A stretch of DNA of 35,497 nucleotides from Octopus bimaculoides. Lineage: Eukaryota. The first letter of the stretch is position 1. Every line of letters begins with the position of its first letter. Positions 1 through 11,421 of the stretch are shown here, one piece after another. Both the position numbers and the translations under genes were made by a program. The notes under the pieces were generated by a model. The model saw nothing but the letters and a program-made list of their open reading frames with translations. It did not search any database and was not told the DNA's origin. Location: assembly GCF_001194135.2 (NCBI RefSeq), contig NC_068999.1, forward strand, positions 31,400,443 to 31,435,939, given 5' to 3'.

Positions 1-31
<31 letters not shown>

Positions 32-32
32 T
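1..32. repeat. (TA)n microsatellite
   Basis: Direct reading. Confidence 0.95.
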
Positions 33-129
33 CATAAATTCTTACATACATATAAACATACATTCTTACATTCATACGCACGAATGTATGTTGCCAGAAA
101 ACTCAGCAACTGCGGCATAAACAACCAAA

Positions 130-800
130 ATAGCCTTTCTTAGCCCAACAACAGATATACTCATTTCGAAGAGTATGATTTTACAAACCAGATACAAGAA
201 ATAACAACGAAATAGTTGATGAACAAAGGAGATAAAACACCTAGAAGTGACAATTGATTCAGACTCTGTGGAAATAGCATTAATGATGTCACCTACATCT
301 TAAACAGTTGTCTGAAAATGTCATCACTATAATATTTACTACTGAGGTATCATGTCGAAACCAAAACATACAATGCAATATGTAGAAAGGATAGTTATAG
401 AAATTAAAATATGGGGCGTTATCGAGGCATACTCACTCAAAATATTACAGGATACTTATGGGATGTTCCTGTCTGTCTAAACCACAGTAAAATGTAGGCA
501 TAATAGTCCAGACAAAAGGATCTGGGACAGAAATACGTCGTCCAGCTGATGTTAACATAAGTTAAAGCTTAGTGATTAATAAAACACCTACGGAGAACTA
601 ATGAAGAATCTACAGTTACTTCACTTGGACTATAACTCTAGAATTATACCTGTAATTATTGGGTTACTTGGATATGTAACTCGTTGCCCCTGCACCAGTC
701 GTGCGAAGTTGGGATTTCCTAAAGCAGAAATGACACTGTTAATTACGAAATTACAATTACAAGTGAGTAATGGAACTGTGAAAATATGTCGATCATTCCA
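130..800 (+). mobile_element. Decayed 3' part of an RLE-type non-LTR retrotransposon (R4/Dong-like; family C, copy 1)
   Basis: Frame from 159 reads THFEEYDFTNQIQEITTK*LMNK...RLCGNSINDVTYILNSCLKMSSL*YLLLRYH, a degenerate CCHC knuckle followed by an RHD-like motif. Then KCRHNSPD (PD nuclease motif) and IIPVIIGLLGYV...LGF...GTVKICRSF. Multiple stops and frameshifts. Confidence 0.8.
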
Positions 801-920
801 GAACTGAAACATGTAATAAGTGCATGTACTCATGCATAGCTATAGAAGTACATGTACATATGTACATACATAAGTAAAAATATACATATCCACACATGCA
901 GTGGTATCCATATTAGCAGT

Positions 921-942
921 CATACATACATACATACATACA

Positions 943-976
<34 letters not shown>

Positions 977-983
977 CATACAT
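921..983. repeat. (CATA)n microsatellite
   Basis: Direct reading. Confidence 0.95.
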
Positions 984-2597
984 AATGCATGCATGTATGA
1001 CATTGCTAAAACAACGCACAATCCCATCTATAGAAATAATTGCCTTGAGATAAATATAGAGAATACCTCTGTTATTCAATACATATCAACGTATTAACAC
1101 AAGAAATACCGGTGCCAGCCAAACAGGTCTAATATAGTTGTTCGGTAGTAAAGTCATTCACAGTCATAGGAATCAGCTGCATTGCATCACACGCGAACAT
1201 TTCTTTCAAAATGAGTGAAAATACGAACATAGAACATCAAGGTTCATCCCTTGGTGTCCCCTGTAATCTTTTATTTTCTCGGCAGTATCCCCGCAATCTA
1301 ATGACAGAAACACACAAGGGAATAAAATATCTTCGAGAGCAGCATAAATCCACATTTAAAGTTAAAAATATTCGTGAGTTTTGCTACGTTAGAAGATGAC
1401 AATGTCGAAAAGTTTGGGGAAATAGGCAAAGAGAAAACAAAAATGACCAGCCAATGCGATATAATATGCTAGGCATTTCTAATATTCATCATTTACCATT
1501 TACATCCTTTATCGTTTCACCATTGTTGTTACATAAATTCCAGTGATGAAGCTTTGGTTCCAATAAAAATCAACTTTTTATTTATAAGAAGATATTCAAA
1601 TAATGAAAAACTAAGATAAAAAGCATCTCTATGAAGAGGAAAATGTCCCACTGTGTAAGGGAATAGTGAATAGCTGAATCCTGAAGAACAATTCAGCATC
1701 TGATGATATCCAGTTTCTGCAGAGTTGTTTAAACCCCTGCCGCCGATGCCGTTGCCGCTGCTGTTGCATCTGTCTGTACTGACACCAACATCACCACCAA
1801 CAACATGCAGGTCTCCACTATGGTCACCCCCTCCATACCCCCAACTAACATCGCTACTTCCCAAAATAGTCACTTACACCAAAGCCATATTTGACCCCAC
1901 TGATCTTCCACCATCAACACCACCACCATAGATACCTTCATCATAGATAACTCTCCATACCTATCTTTACAATGACCCTCTCACCATGACCATCTTCACT
2001 GAGACTACGACGACATTTACCATTTAACATTAACATCACACTCTCATATTAATGTCTTTCACCAATTTATAAAATATATTTGACCAAACTATAAAATATG
2101 TATGCTGTTGAGCTTTAAAAGAAATATAGAGGTAGGATTCGAACGTGAACTAAAGAAATAACAAAATATTTCGTCAGTTTTTCCGTCTTACGTTATAAAC
2201 TTAGGTTTTTTTAATCTAAGGGAAATTACTTCAAATTACTTAAAGATACTCGTAACGCAATTAGAGTTATTCCCCTTGAACGGTTTTTTAAACTCTAATT
2301 TCATAACTTGTATAGCAACAGTTATAAAGTTAATTGAAAATAGCACGTGTTTCTTGCTAGGTCAGTCTCATTTAAATTCTTAATTAAATTATGCTTATGA
2401 CAGACCATCAAAGTGATAATTAAATTATACTGATAATAAAATTATTATTAATACGAGATTAAACGCATGTATCGTCCCCAAATCCACTTACATGTGATTT
2501 TCGAGGGAAAGTTTAGAACAATCACTTTAGAATTAAAATTGTCGTTGGACAGTTTTAGATATTTTGTCCTTTCTTTAAACCCCCCCCCCAGTCCCCC

Positions 2598-2782
2598 CTC
2601 TCTCTCTTCTCTCTCTCTTCTCTTCTCTCTCTCTCCCTTCTCTCTCCTCTCCCTTCTCTCTCTCTTCTCTCTCTCTCTTGTCTCTCTCTCTCTCTCTCTC
2701 TCTTCTCTTCTCTCTCTCTCCCTNNNNNNNNNNNNNNNNNNNNNNNNNNNNNNNNNNNNNNNNNNNNNNNNNNNNNNNNNNN

Positions 2783-2833
<51 letters not shown>

Positions 2834-2844
2834 CCTCTCTCTCT
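2598..2844. repeat. (CT)n-rich microsatellite containing an assembly gap (N 2724-2782)
   Basis: Direct reading. Confidence 0.95.
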
Positions 2845-2926
2845 TAAGTATCTGCGCAGAACAGTTTACGAACAAAGATTTTCAAGCAAATCGAATTAAA
2901 TTTATTCAATATGCCTACCCATCAAC

Positions 2927-4294
2927 ATGACTACTTGCAAGATCTTATCTTCAGAGAAAGGAAATATCAAAGTGGTCGATCAAGAAAATTATATATACAC
3001 TAAACGTAAGAAGAATGCAGTCGTTTTGAGAATATACTGGAGGTGCGAAAATCGTGTGTGCAAGGCGAGACTTCATACAGATGAAAATTATAAAGAGCTT
3101 AAGAAGATTGGGATCCATAATCACGCTTCAACTGCTGCAGAGGTAAATGCAAGGCTAATAGTCTCAAATATTAAAGTAAGGTCTATTTTATCTCGTGATG
3201 TCTTTCGCTCAATTATCGTTAGTAAAAGTTCAGAATTTAAATAACTGTACATTGTCGCAAATACCTCCGTTTGCACAGCTTAATAGGAATATTAGACGTT
3301 AGAAGCAAGCTGATTCCAACTATCCTGCCACCCCACTTACAAATATTGGGTTTTCCATTCCAAGTAAATACTTCTACCTTGACAATGATGAAACGTTTTT
3401 ACAGTATGACAGCGAGATGGAGGATTCAAAAGGAATACTAATTTTTGAAACTGACGAAACATTTCGACAGTTAAAACAGCACAAGAACTGGGCAGCATAT
3501 TTTTTCAGTTATATATACTTCACATTCAGATTGATAATTTTAATGCCCCATGATTGTTCACATTGCTCTCTGACAAAAGTCAAGATACATATAGTAGACA
3601 TTTTGCCAAAATAAATGAATTACTGCGGAATGAGGGACCTGATAATATAATGATGGATTTCGAAAAAGCAGCCCATAACTGAATTTTGGAATCGTTTCCT
3701 GGGTCGAATTTGGCATGCTGCATGTTTCATTTAGGACAAAATGTGTACAAGCATGTTGTGCAAGAAGGACTAAAATGCAGATATCACAAAAATTACAGTT
3801 TAGTCTAAAAATGCGGTGTTTTGTTGCCCTTGCTCATCATTCCTGCCGGTTAATGATGTTGTAGATGAATATGAACAACTTGTAGATGATGGTGATATTC
3901 CACAGTCAATAGTAGTCTACTTTGAAAATAATTATATAGGACCAACTAGAGGAAGCGGACAGAGGAGACAACGCCTTGAAACTCCATTTCCATTACCTAT
4001 ATAGAATGTTTGGGATCGATGTATGATGGGGATTGCTCTTACCACAAATACTTTAGAAGCCTACCACAGCGCGCTGAAAAACACAGTGAATATTAGTCAT
4101 CCAAATATTTGGAAACTTATTGATGTGATTAAATGTGAGGAAAGGTTTGCCAGTACTAAATTGCAGAAGTTTATGCAAGCCAAAAGAAAAAATACAGAGA
4201 TATGAACCTGTGCATAAAAAACGTCATGGAAAAATATGATCCAAGCCAAAAAGTTATTTTTCTAAAAGTAATTGCACACAATCTTAAATTTTAA
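2927..4294 (+). pseudogene. Mutator-like (MULE) transposase with N-terminal FLYWCH zinc finger, inactivated
   Basis: N-terminus: YIY...YWRCENRVCKARLHT...HNH (FLYWCH pattern). Later frames give FQLYILH, LLSDKSQDTY, IMMDFEKA (second catalytic D), CCMFHLGQ (CxxH), TTNTLEAYH (catalytic E), HPNIWKLI and IAHNLKF* (stop 4292-4294). The first catalytic D (DGTF motif) appears deleted near 3495. Several stops and frameshifts. Confidence 0.9.
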
Positions 4295-4383
4295 GAACAA
4301 ATAAGGATGTAATACAGCAAACCTTAAAATAAAGGGGTTTTTTTTAATTCAAACATTCGTTCTTCCATATTTCCTGTAATCTC

Positions 4384-4493
4384 GACGAATTGATTGACAA
4401 CAAATTGACCTGGGGACGAACTGACCAACGGCGGATTGACTGGGGACAAATTAAACGACGACAAATTACCGTCGACGAAATGACCGGACACCG
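4384..4493 (+). repeat. Seven ~15-bp subterminal tandem repeats, probable right end of the MULE
   Basis: Units start at 4384, 4399, 4415, 4430, 4445, 4460 and 4474 (consensus near GAC(G/A)AATTGAC...), ending GACGAAATGACCGGACACCG about 90 bp after the transposase stop. Confidence 0.7.
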
Positions 4494-5384
4494 TTTGGTA
4501 ATAGCACCTGCGACCTTAGTTGCTACCATTGAGAGACTCACAAAATTCTGAGCAACAATTCTTATACTTAGAACTAAGAGCGGAAAGACCGTCTCCAATG
4601 TTGAATACATTTCAACGGAAATATTTCAAAGAGAATAGACATTTTGTAATTCTATTCATTTTGGCACCAAATGTATTACCAATCCTGCTGCAAAAATCAA
4701 ATAGCTATATGCTAAGGTCTGCAGCTGCTAGAGACGTGAATGCAGCCCATAATTTCTTTGTGGATGATCTAAAGTATTGTTAAAAATGTTAACAGCACCA
4801 AAATGTATCCGGATTTAATAACATTTTCAGCTGTCACAGAATGGAATTTGACCAGAAGAAATGTTCGTATTTGATTTTTGAACGTTGAAAATCAGTCCTA
4901 TAGATCCGAAGCCTGTGCAAAAACGGTCTTTACCATCTCTAGGCATTGATTTAAACATATCATTTGGAGGTTCTGTGAATAAAGATAAAGTGACCCGGAG
5001 AATATTATATCAGACTTTAAAAAACATGGCACTCTCTCATACAAAACAATATCCCACAATACAATTTCAGTACCAGAACTGATTCCGACATTTGAGTTGC
5101 TTATGTGGCCTGTTGAGGAAATCCAGACATGAACAGGAAACTTCCACAGAAACAGTGATACCAACAGGTTCAATACATGATGGTAGCTGTCTACTCGTTA
5201 GCCGAGTATGACCATCGTTGACAGGTAGTGCTATTAATTCCCGTGAAAGGATTTTAAGTTGAGTGCAGTTTGCTCAACACCAAACCAACTCTCACTAGCA
5301 ATACCAAGTAGCCTAGAGACAAGCAAAGTGCAAGATATCAGGCTCATTAGAGCAGCGGATTTTATATAAGAGTTAGTATCTTGT

Positions 5385-5995
5385 AGTATCTCGCAATAGT
5401 ATCTCGTAGACATTTTGGGGCAGCTGCTGATGATGCAGATGATACCATCCACGCTGGTATAGCAGAGCCAACATTTTCTATCACAATGTGGAAGTTTAGC
5501 GGTGTCCTTGCCTTTCTTGGTTATCAGGTTTTAGTAGCTGTCTCTTGTTCTTGCATAGCGAAGGCATATCCTTCTAGGTGAGCTGTAATGCATCTATCAC
5601 TGGTCCAGGAGAGCCTCTTCTTCTTGTCAGTGCTGTTGTTATGCTCTAGCTTACGGGATATGCACCCATGCATTGCTTTTTGCTGGTGTGATGTCTACTT
5701 CTCCAAACCTCTATTTAGGTAGATTAACCCAACCTCCTTTGGATTGCATGAGATAGTTGTATTCTTAGAGTACTTGCTCATTAGTTCTTCTCCGATTCTG
5801 AAGTCGGAGTATGTATGAAGTGTACGTATGTATGAAGTGTACACATTTCTTTCTTTACCGTTTAATAGGTGTTGTCTGAGTGATATAATGTAACATTCAA
5901 AGGTTGTTTGGCCTTACCGTATGCCTCTACCGTCATTTTTTCGACTCACAAGATCCTATCGGTGTCGCTGCTGATGTAGAAGTTGCGGTGAGATA
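5385..5995 (-). mobile_element. RLE-type non-LTR retrotransposon relic (family C, copy 2)
   Basis: Minus strand reads NFYISSDTDRIL..DGRGIR*GQTTFECYIISLRQHL ... KAMHG ... TAHLEGYAFAMQEQE ... DRKCWLCYTSVDGIICIISSCPKMSTRYY. This aligns by eye with the copy at 130-800. Confidence 0.8.
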
Positions 5996-6760
5996 GAAAC
6001 TTGGATCTGAATGTATTTAATATACGGGGACCTACAAGATCGCAGATGTCAGCACTGTCATAGGATCTCATCGACACATCGTACAATTCATCTGTATCGC
6101 ATTTTTAACCCATGCTGAGCCCTTACTAAGTAGACATATTTTTCTCGCATGCATGATAAAGACTAGGTCTATGTGGTCAATACCAACATATGCTTTTGAA
6201 AACTCAATCGCGTTATCAGGCAGCGATCTCGATATATCGGACTAAAATCTATAATATCGAACTGTGTAAATCTAGCCCTATGCTTATTCTTTAAATACTT
6301 AAACCAATCTATGACAGTAATGTCATTATTCCATTGTTGTAACATAGTGGTCTCTCTGATTTCATATTAATATTCCTTAGTATTTGTTTTGACTACCAAC
6401 CCGATTTCAGTCCTCGCTCGATTTAAAAATCGGCAAGGTATTACTGTAGATTTAAAGATCTACAAGTTTTTTACTGAAATTGGGTTCATGATCTTTTAGA
6501 GTAATAAGAGTTTCTCTTTTGGCTAAGTATTCTAATCTATCATTGATTTTACTACATTTATAGAGGAGTTTAGCCTCATCGTTAATATTATTGTATCTGT
6601 CTCTGTTAGCTTTCTCATATTAATGGAAACTGTGTCATTCAGCAACTTATATGTACCGTTAGTGACTTCGTTCAAGTTGTCGGTCTTATCAGAAATTACG
6701 AACTCTTTTTAGAGCTTTTAAATATTTGCAAGTAAGTTTTAACTTTATATTTCTGACGCG
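5996..6760 (-). mobile_element. Penelope-like element reverse transcriptase relic (N-terminal and core RT), copy 1
   Basis: Minus strand reads FVISDKT, INDEAK, DRLEYLAKRETLITLKDHEPNF, CRFLNRARTEIG, LQQWNN...VIDWFK, FTQFDIIDFS, IMHARK and DVSMRSYDSADICDLVG. These match PLE RT motifs (ADKT, LKDHKPNF, DIxDFYPSI, MGSYDGAEVCELVG). Frameshifted. Confidence 0.85.
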
Positions 6761-7400
6761 ACTCTATCTATCCTTGTATCTTTCTCCCCCTCTCGTTCTT
6801 CCTTCTGTTGTTCTTCGCCTCTCCCCTTCACTACTATATCTCTCTCTCTTCCTCCCTGTCTCTCGTTGCTCACCTATATTCTACTTCCTCCCCTTTTTTC
6901 TCTCTCTACCACTCTTTCTCCTTACCCCTCGCTGGTCACGTGTGTCCGGCTTCTGCCTCCTTTCTTATCTTGGCTACTGCCAAGCCAGCACAAACTTCTT
7001 CTCTCTCCCTTCCAGTTCGTCTAATCACAGCGTTCAGTATACATATATATTTTTTCACGTCTGGCCTTTTAGCCCTTCTTATTTATTTTCACTGTTTCGT
7101 TTTCCTGACATGTTTTCTGTTCGTCACGATATTCCTCCGCACTACAAATTTAATTTGTTTCCGCGGGAAGAGCCATTCTAACAATGTGTCTTGCCCTAAC
7201 TCTTCGAAACGCTTAGTTTTAGAATGGTGGCAGCTGATGACGGAAATGTTCTCTATGTGGCCTGTGTGTTTTCTGTCCTCTGTTTATCATTTTGTCCACG
7301 TTTTTTGTGACGTCCTGTACCCAGATATGCATCTATATATACATGTAGTTGTAGGTATGTACATACATGTACGTATATATGCATATACTCAATATTATTT

Positions 7401-7401
<1 letters not shown>

Positions 7402-7470
<69 letters not shown>
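7402..7470. repeat. (ATT)n microsatellite
   Basis: Direct reading. Confidence 0.95.
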
Positions 7471-7473
<3 letters not shown>

Positions 7474-7475
7474 CA

Positions 7476-7660
7476 TAGTGAGAATTTACAAAAACAACAA
7501 CAACAAAAGACGAAGACGGGTGTGTAAACAACAAACAGATGTATTAGTTTAACGCTCGGGAAGTGAGAAAGTCTTTTACGTTTCGAGCCAACGCTCTTCG
7601 ACAGAAAGGAACAAAGAAATAAACAGGGAGAGAAAATAGAAAAGGTTGAGTGGCTAGCGG
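7476..7660 (-). mobile_element. Short interspersed repeat carrying a hammerhead-like motif (pLTR- or retrozyme-like), copy 1
   Basis: Shares GTATTAG..ACGC.C.GG.AAG...GAAA...ACGTT(T/C)CGAGC...GCTCTTC..CAGAAA with 26395-26590. Bounded by microsatellites on both sides. Confidence 0.6.
7573..7608 (-). ncRNA. Minimal type I hammerhead ribozyme-like motif (A6>U variant)
   Basis: Minus strand: CUUU-CUGUCGA-A-GAGC-GUUG-GCUC-GAAA-C-GUA/AAAG. Stem I CUUU/AAAG, stem II GAGC/GCUC, palindromic ACGU in place of stem III, GUA cleavage triplet. Confidence 0.6.
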
Positions 7661-8387
7661 TCTCTCTCTCTCTCTCTATATATATATATAAAGGTAAATT
7701 TCCAAATTTGGTTGATAGGGCTGTATAATCATAGCAGGTGCCGTATTCGCTTTCACCAGTTAATAATGTCGGCTAATTTTAGTGAGTGTAGAAAAACTCC
7801 AGTTAGGTACAGAAATGGAAAGGCGTGATTAACTGCAGAATTATACTGGATATATAAATCTCTGTTCTCCTTAATGATATATATATATAAATATATAAGG
7901 CATCGGTATCTAGAAGACCCAAAGAGTGGCAGGTAACGCTAAGTAAGTGTTATGGACAGACCGTAGTTAAACTCTTGGTTAGATAGTGATCCGAGTGAGA
8001 AGAATTGTAATGTGGCTCGTGTAAGTATATACACACACGCGCGCGCGTATATATATTTACACATATACATATATGTATGTATATATATGTGTGTGTGTTT
8101 AAATATGTATATATATTCCATGTATATATATATATATATATAATATTTAATATATTATACGTGTGTGTGTATATATATGATACATACATACACATGCATG
8201 TATGTCTACTCTGGAAGATATGTAGACAGAGTGAAGTGTTGTACTTAAATGTAAGAAATCAATATTTAATCGCAGATCAAATCTTCACAAAGCTAAAAGA
8301 TGTAGGTGTGGAATTAAATAATATTAGATCATACATAATGCAGCCATCGTAGTTGTAACATACGAATTGCCATACATTATAATATAT

Positions 8388-8546
8388 TGTTTTCAAATTC
8401 TGGCACAGGCTCAGCAAGTTTACCACTCAGCTGGTACTTACTTTATCGACCCCTAGGCGGAATTTGAATTCAGTACGTAAAGATGGACAAAATGCCGCTA
8501 AGTGTTTTGCCCAGCGTGTTAACAATTCCGCCAGCTCACCGTCTTA
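8388..8546 (-). mobile_element. tRNA-derived SINE, family 1, internally deleted copy
   Basis: Reverse complement begins TAAGACGGTGAGCTGGCGGAATTGTTAAC...CTGAATTCAAATTCCGCC and aligns with 16422-16600 and 34073-34300. Confidence 0.85.
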
Positions 8547-9010
8547 ATATATATATTAAGACTATATTATATGTGGTCATGAATTATATAACGTATTACA
8601 ATGTAGTTTGAGCGATCGTTACAGCAATAATATATTACAAAACATAGATGCTGAATTATTATAATCATTAAAATATATCATATTGTCGTGATAGTAGTAA
8701 CACAATTAATTATAATACGTTGTATATTGCCATGATAGTAGTAAGGCCGGGAACCGTAATTGCTGTCTGTTCTATTAAATCATGCTTATGTCGGCTATAA
8801 CCATTTTTATCAGGGAATATTTACTACATGAAGGACAGTATGGTTACAGAACGTGTAGGAAAGGAAAGATTGCACCTTTATTCAACGAACTACTGCATAT
8901 GGTTCCTATGTTATTATCTTACAATACAAAGATGGTTATTTTGATAACGCAGAAATTTCACAAGACACCATATTGTCGGCATTAACCCATACTGAAAACG
9001 AGAAATGGAA

Positions 9011-9141
<131 letters not shown>

Positions 9142-9799
9142 TGAGGGTGAATAATCGACTGCTGTACTTGAATGGTACATCTTTTTATTTACTCCAAAAG
9201 AATGAAATACAAAATAAACGTCAACTAGTTCCGTACTTAAAGTACTAATAGTCGAAACAAATACAAGGCATTCTATCCACTGTACCAATTCACTGCCTTT
9301 ACAGTATAGTTGACGTTTTGAGTTCAAATCTCGCCCAAATTACCTTCAACTTTAGGTCAACGAAAATGTATATCGATGATTCACTGGTGTAAATATCACC
9401 ATGTATAATATTCATGTGATATTGTGGCCAGTTTAGAAACCAATGTTTGAAGCCATAAATCTGTGTAAATCTCTGGTGATTTAGAAAAATCTGTAGCTGC
9501 TTCACTGACTCTCCAATTTATGTTCTCTAATAACAAAACTAAACCAACTCGTTCCATTCTATTCTGATATATCAGCAATTGTTTCCTGAGATTGTTTTTT
9601 ACTGTAGATAGTTACTGAATAATTCTAACATTACAGTTCATCTTTCTCTACATAAATACGACAAGCACAAATATACACACAAATATGTACACACACAGAT
9701 ACACACATACACTCAGAAATATATGTTCATGTGTGTGTAAGACAAAGTGAAATGTAATGTCAGAAGTGTGTTTGCCTCTGTATATATGTCTTTGTCTTC

Positions 9800-10620
9800 T
9801 TTTTATTTATTAGTATTCTTTCTAGGAGAAGCGAGCTGGTTTCTAACAAAGAAACAAAAGCGCTATCATGGGAATCTCGGATAACAACAACGATAATTGT
9901 TACATATCGAACTTAAGGAAGTTTTGCATATTTCTACTGTTCTACAGATTGTGTCAGTAAAGTTCGTGTTAGCTTGTTTCTCTTTTTGCTTGAAAATCCC
10001 AGTTTCTCCAGATTATGGCTTAGACATTTGGTAACACAGCTGAAGTGCACTAATGATTATTAGTAGGAATGGAAATTTATAACCAGGATAGAAAAGCTAC
10101 AGGTTTCGAAATAGTTGTCCTTAGATATTCTCTTTCTCGCTGTTTTTGGAAGAGATGTTCACACTTACAGGGCAACTGACCTCTGCGACTGGACATGATT
10201 TTTTTGTGTTCTAAATAAGTATGTCAGGTCTGTAGTGTTTGCAATTGGTAGAAGACTTGATGGGATTGTACTACCAATATTTCTTGTACTGATATGTACT
10301 GATATGTATGTATTCCACAGGTATTGTTTATATTTAACCAAGGCAGTGTCTCTGCAAATGGCATTATATATCGTTTAAGCATGAATATCACGTCACAGTA
10401 GGACGCAATACCTCCATGACATTTTTGAGCAGCTGATGATTACACACTGATAACCTTCTCGTGGTATGTAAAATATTTTTCTTCAGGTTTTTGCTGAGAT
10501 ATGCGAGCACTGCACTTCTAGGTTCGTAGTGGGTGAGTGTTAGGAAGTGAGAGTTTCTTGAAGAGTTCACTGTCAACCTGCGAGTTGTTGTTTACTTCAT
10601 TTTCAGCGCTTGGTAGATGC
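9800..10620 (-). mobile_element. RLE-type non-LTR retrotransposon 3' relic (family C, copy 3)
   Basis: Minus strand reads IISCSKMSWRYC...RD...TIYNAICRD, KYW*YNPIKSSTNCKHYRPDILI, AEVSCPVSVNISSKNSEKENI and LEKLGF...TVEICKT.LKF, followed by a 3' UTR with an A-rich end. Confidence 0.8.
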
Positions 10621-10824
10621 ATTTATTTTAGCCACTATCGTTTAGTAGGTGTTGTCTATGCGATATCATACAGTACTCAATACAGTACGCTGCTTTTCGG
10701 CATTGTAAATATTTCGGGCATAGATCTCTATATCATCCACGAACAAATGATGCTGTTCTTGAGCCCATACATGTACTCATACACAGATAGACAGACAGAC
10801 AGACGGACAGACAGACAGACATGT

Positions 10825-10844
10825 AGATAGATAGATAGATACAT
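10825..10844 (+). repeat. Left target-site duplication AGAT(AGAT)3ACAT of the Tx1-like insertion
   Basis: Matches 11389-11424, including the unique ACAT end. Confidence 0.8.
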
Positions 10845-11387
10845 TTCTTTTATTAGCCACACAGGGCTCAACGAAGATGGGACAAATACAATGTAGAGCT
10901 TTTCTTTTTGGGAGGGGAAAGGAAGGAAAAAAAAAAAAAAATTGGTGGTGTCGATCAAAAGGGATCGTAGGAAGGGAAAAAGGGGCAGTTCGATCAAAAG
11001 GGATCGAAAAAAAAAGAAAAGGAAAGGCCGATCAATAGGGATCGTGTATCACACAGTAATGTTCTCGTGTAAAAAGAGGGGAGGACAGTTTAGGTTTAGC
11101 CGTGGAAGGAAAAGCCTACGGAAAAGACCACGGTAACCTTGGTCAATATTCTCATCGAAGAAACTATAACAGTAAGTGACTCTCTTTTGCCTTTTTGTTT
11201 TATTTTTTTTTCTTGTTCATAGGGTTATGCTCAAGATGGCTCCGTCGTTCACACGTGCCATCCTTGCTACATTCACCCATCTTTTTTTGAAGCATTCACT
11301 AGACAAGACTTCCCTTTCTACTCTCAACTTCCTCTTCAGGTGATACTTGAAGAAGTTGATGAGAGATTGCCCAGAGAGGAAAGTCTT

Positions 11388-11388
<1 letters not shown>
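10845..11388 (-). mobile_element. 5'-truncated Tx1/L1-type LINE: ORF2 C-terminus plus 3' UTR
   Basis: Minus strand 11387-11217 reads KTFLSGQSLINFFKYHLKRKLRVEREVLSSECFKKRWVNVARMARVNDGAILSITL*, resembling L1/Tx1 ORF2 C-termini (FxxRW). A 370-nt 3' UTR ends in AATAAAAGAA. Flanked by a direct repeat. Confidence 0.65.

Positions 11389-11421
<33 letters not shown>

Noticed and set aside
1673-1710. CTGAAGA and CTGATGA words near a 7-bp stem (GCTGAAT/ATTCAGC)
   Set aside because: No stem II followed by GAAA and no NUH site in hammerhead geometry.
1725-1990. Pro/Thr-rich ORF 1725-1931 and Gly-rich antisense ORF 1529-1873
   Set aside because: They arise from a degenerate (CCA/ACC)-rich low-complexity tract, and the plus-strand start is not ATG.
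4730-4753. RDVNAAHN resembles the TnpB/Fanzor C-terminal RDxNAAxN motif
   Set aside because: No upstream CxxC zinc-ribbon pairs or RuvC motifs in any frame. The region 4520-5350 is stop-ridden and may be an unidentified transposon relic, but I cannot assign it.
7960-8026. Possible 54-bp microexon ending at GTAAGT
   Set aside because: Weak acceptor and no recognisable peptide; it cannot be supported without RNA-seq.
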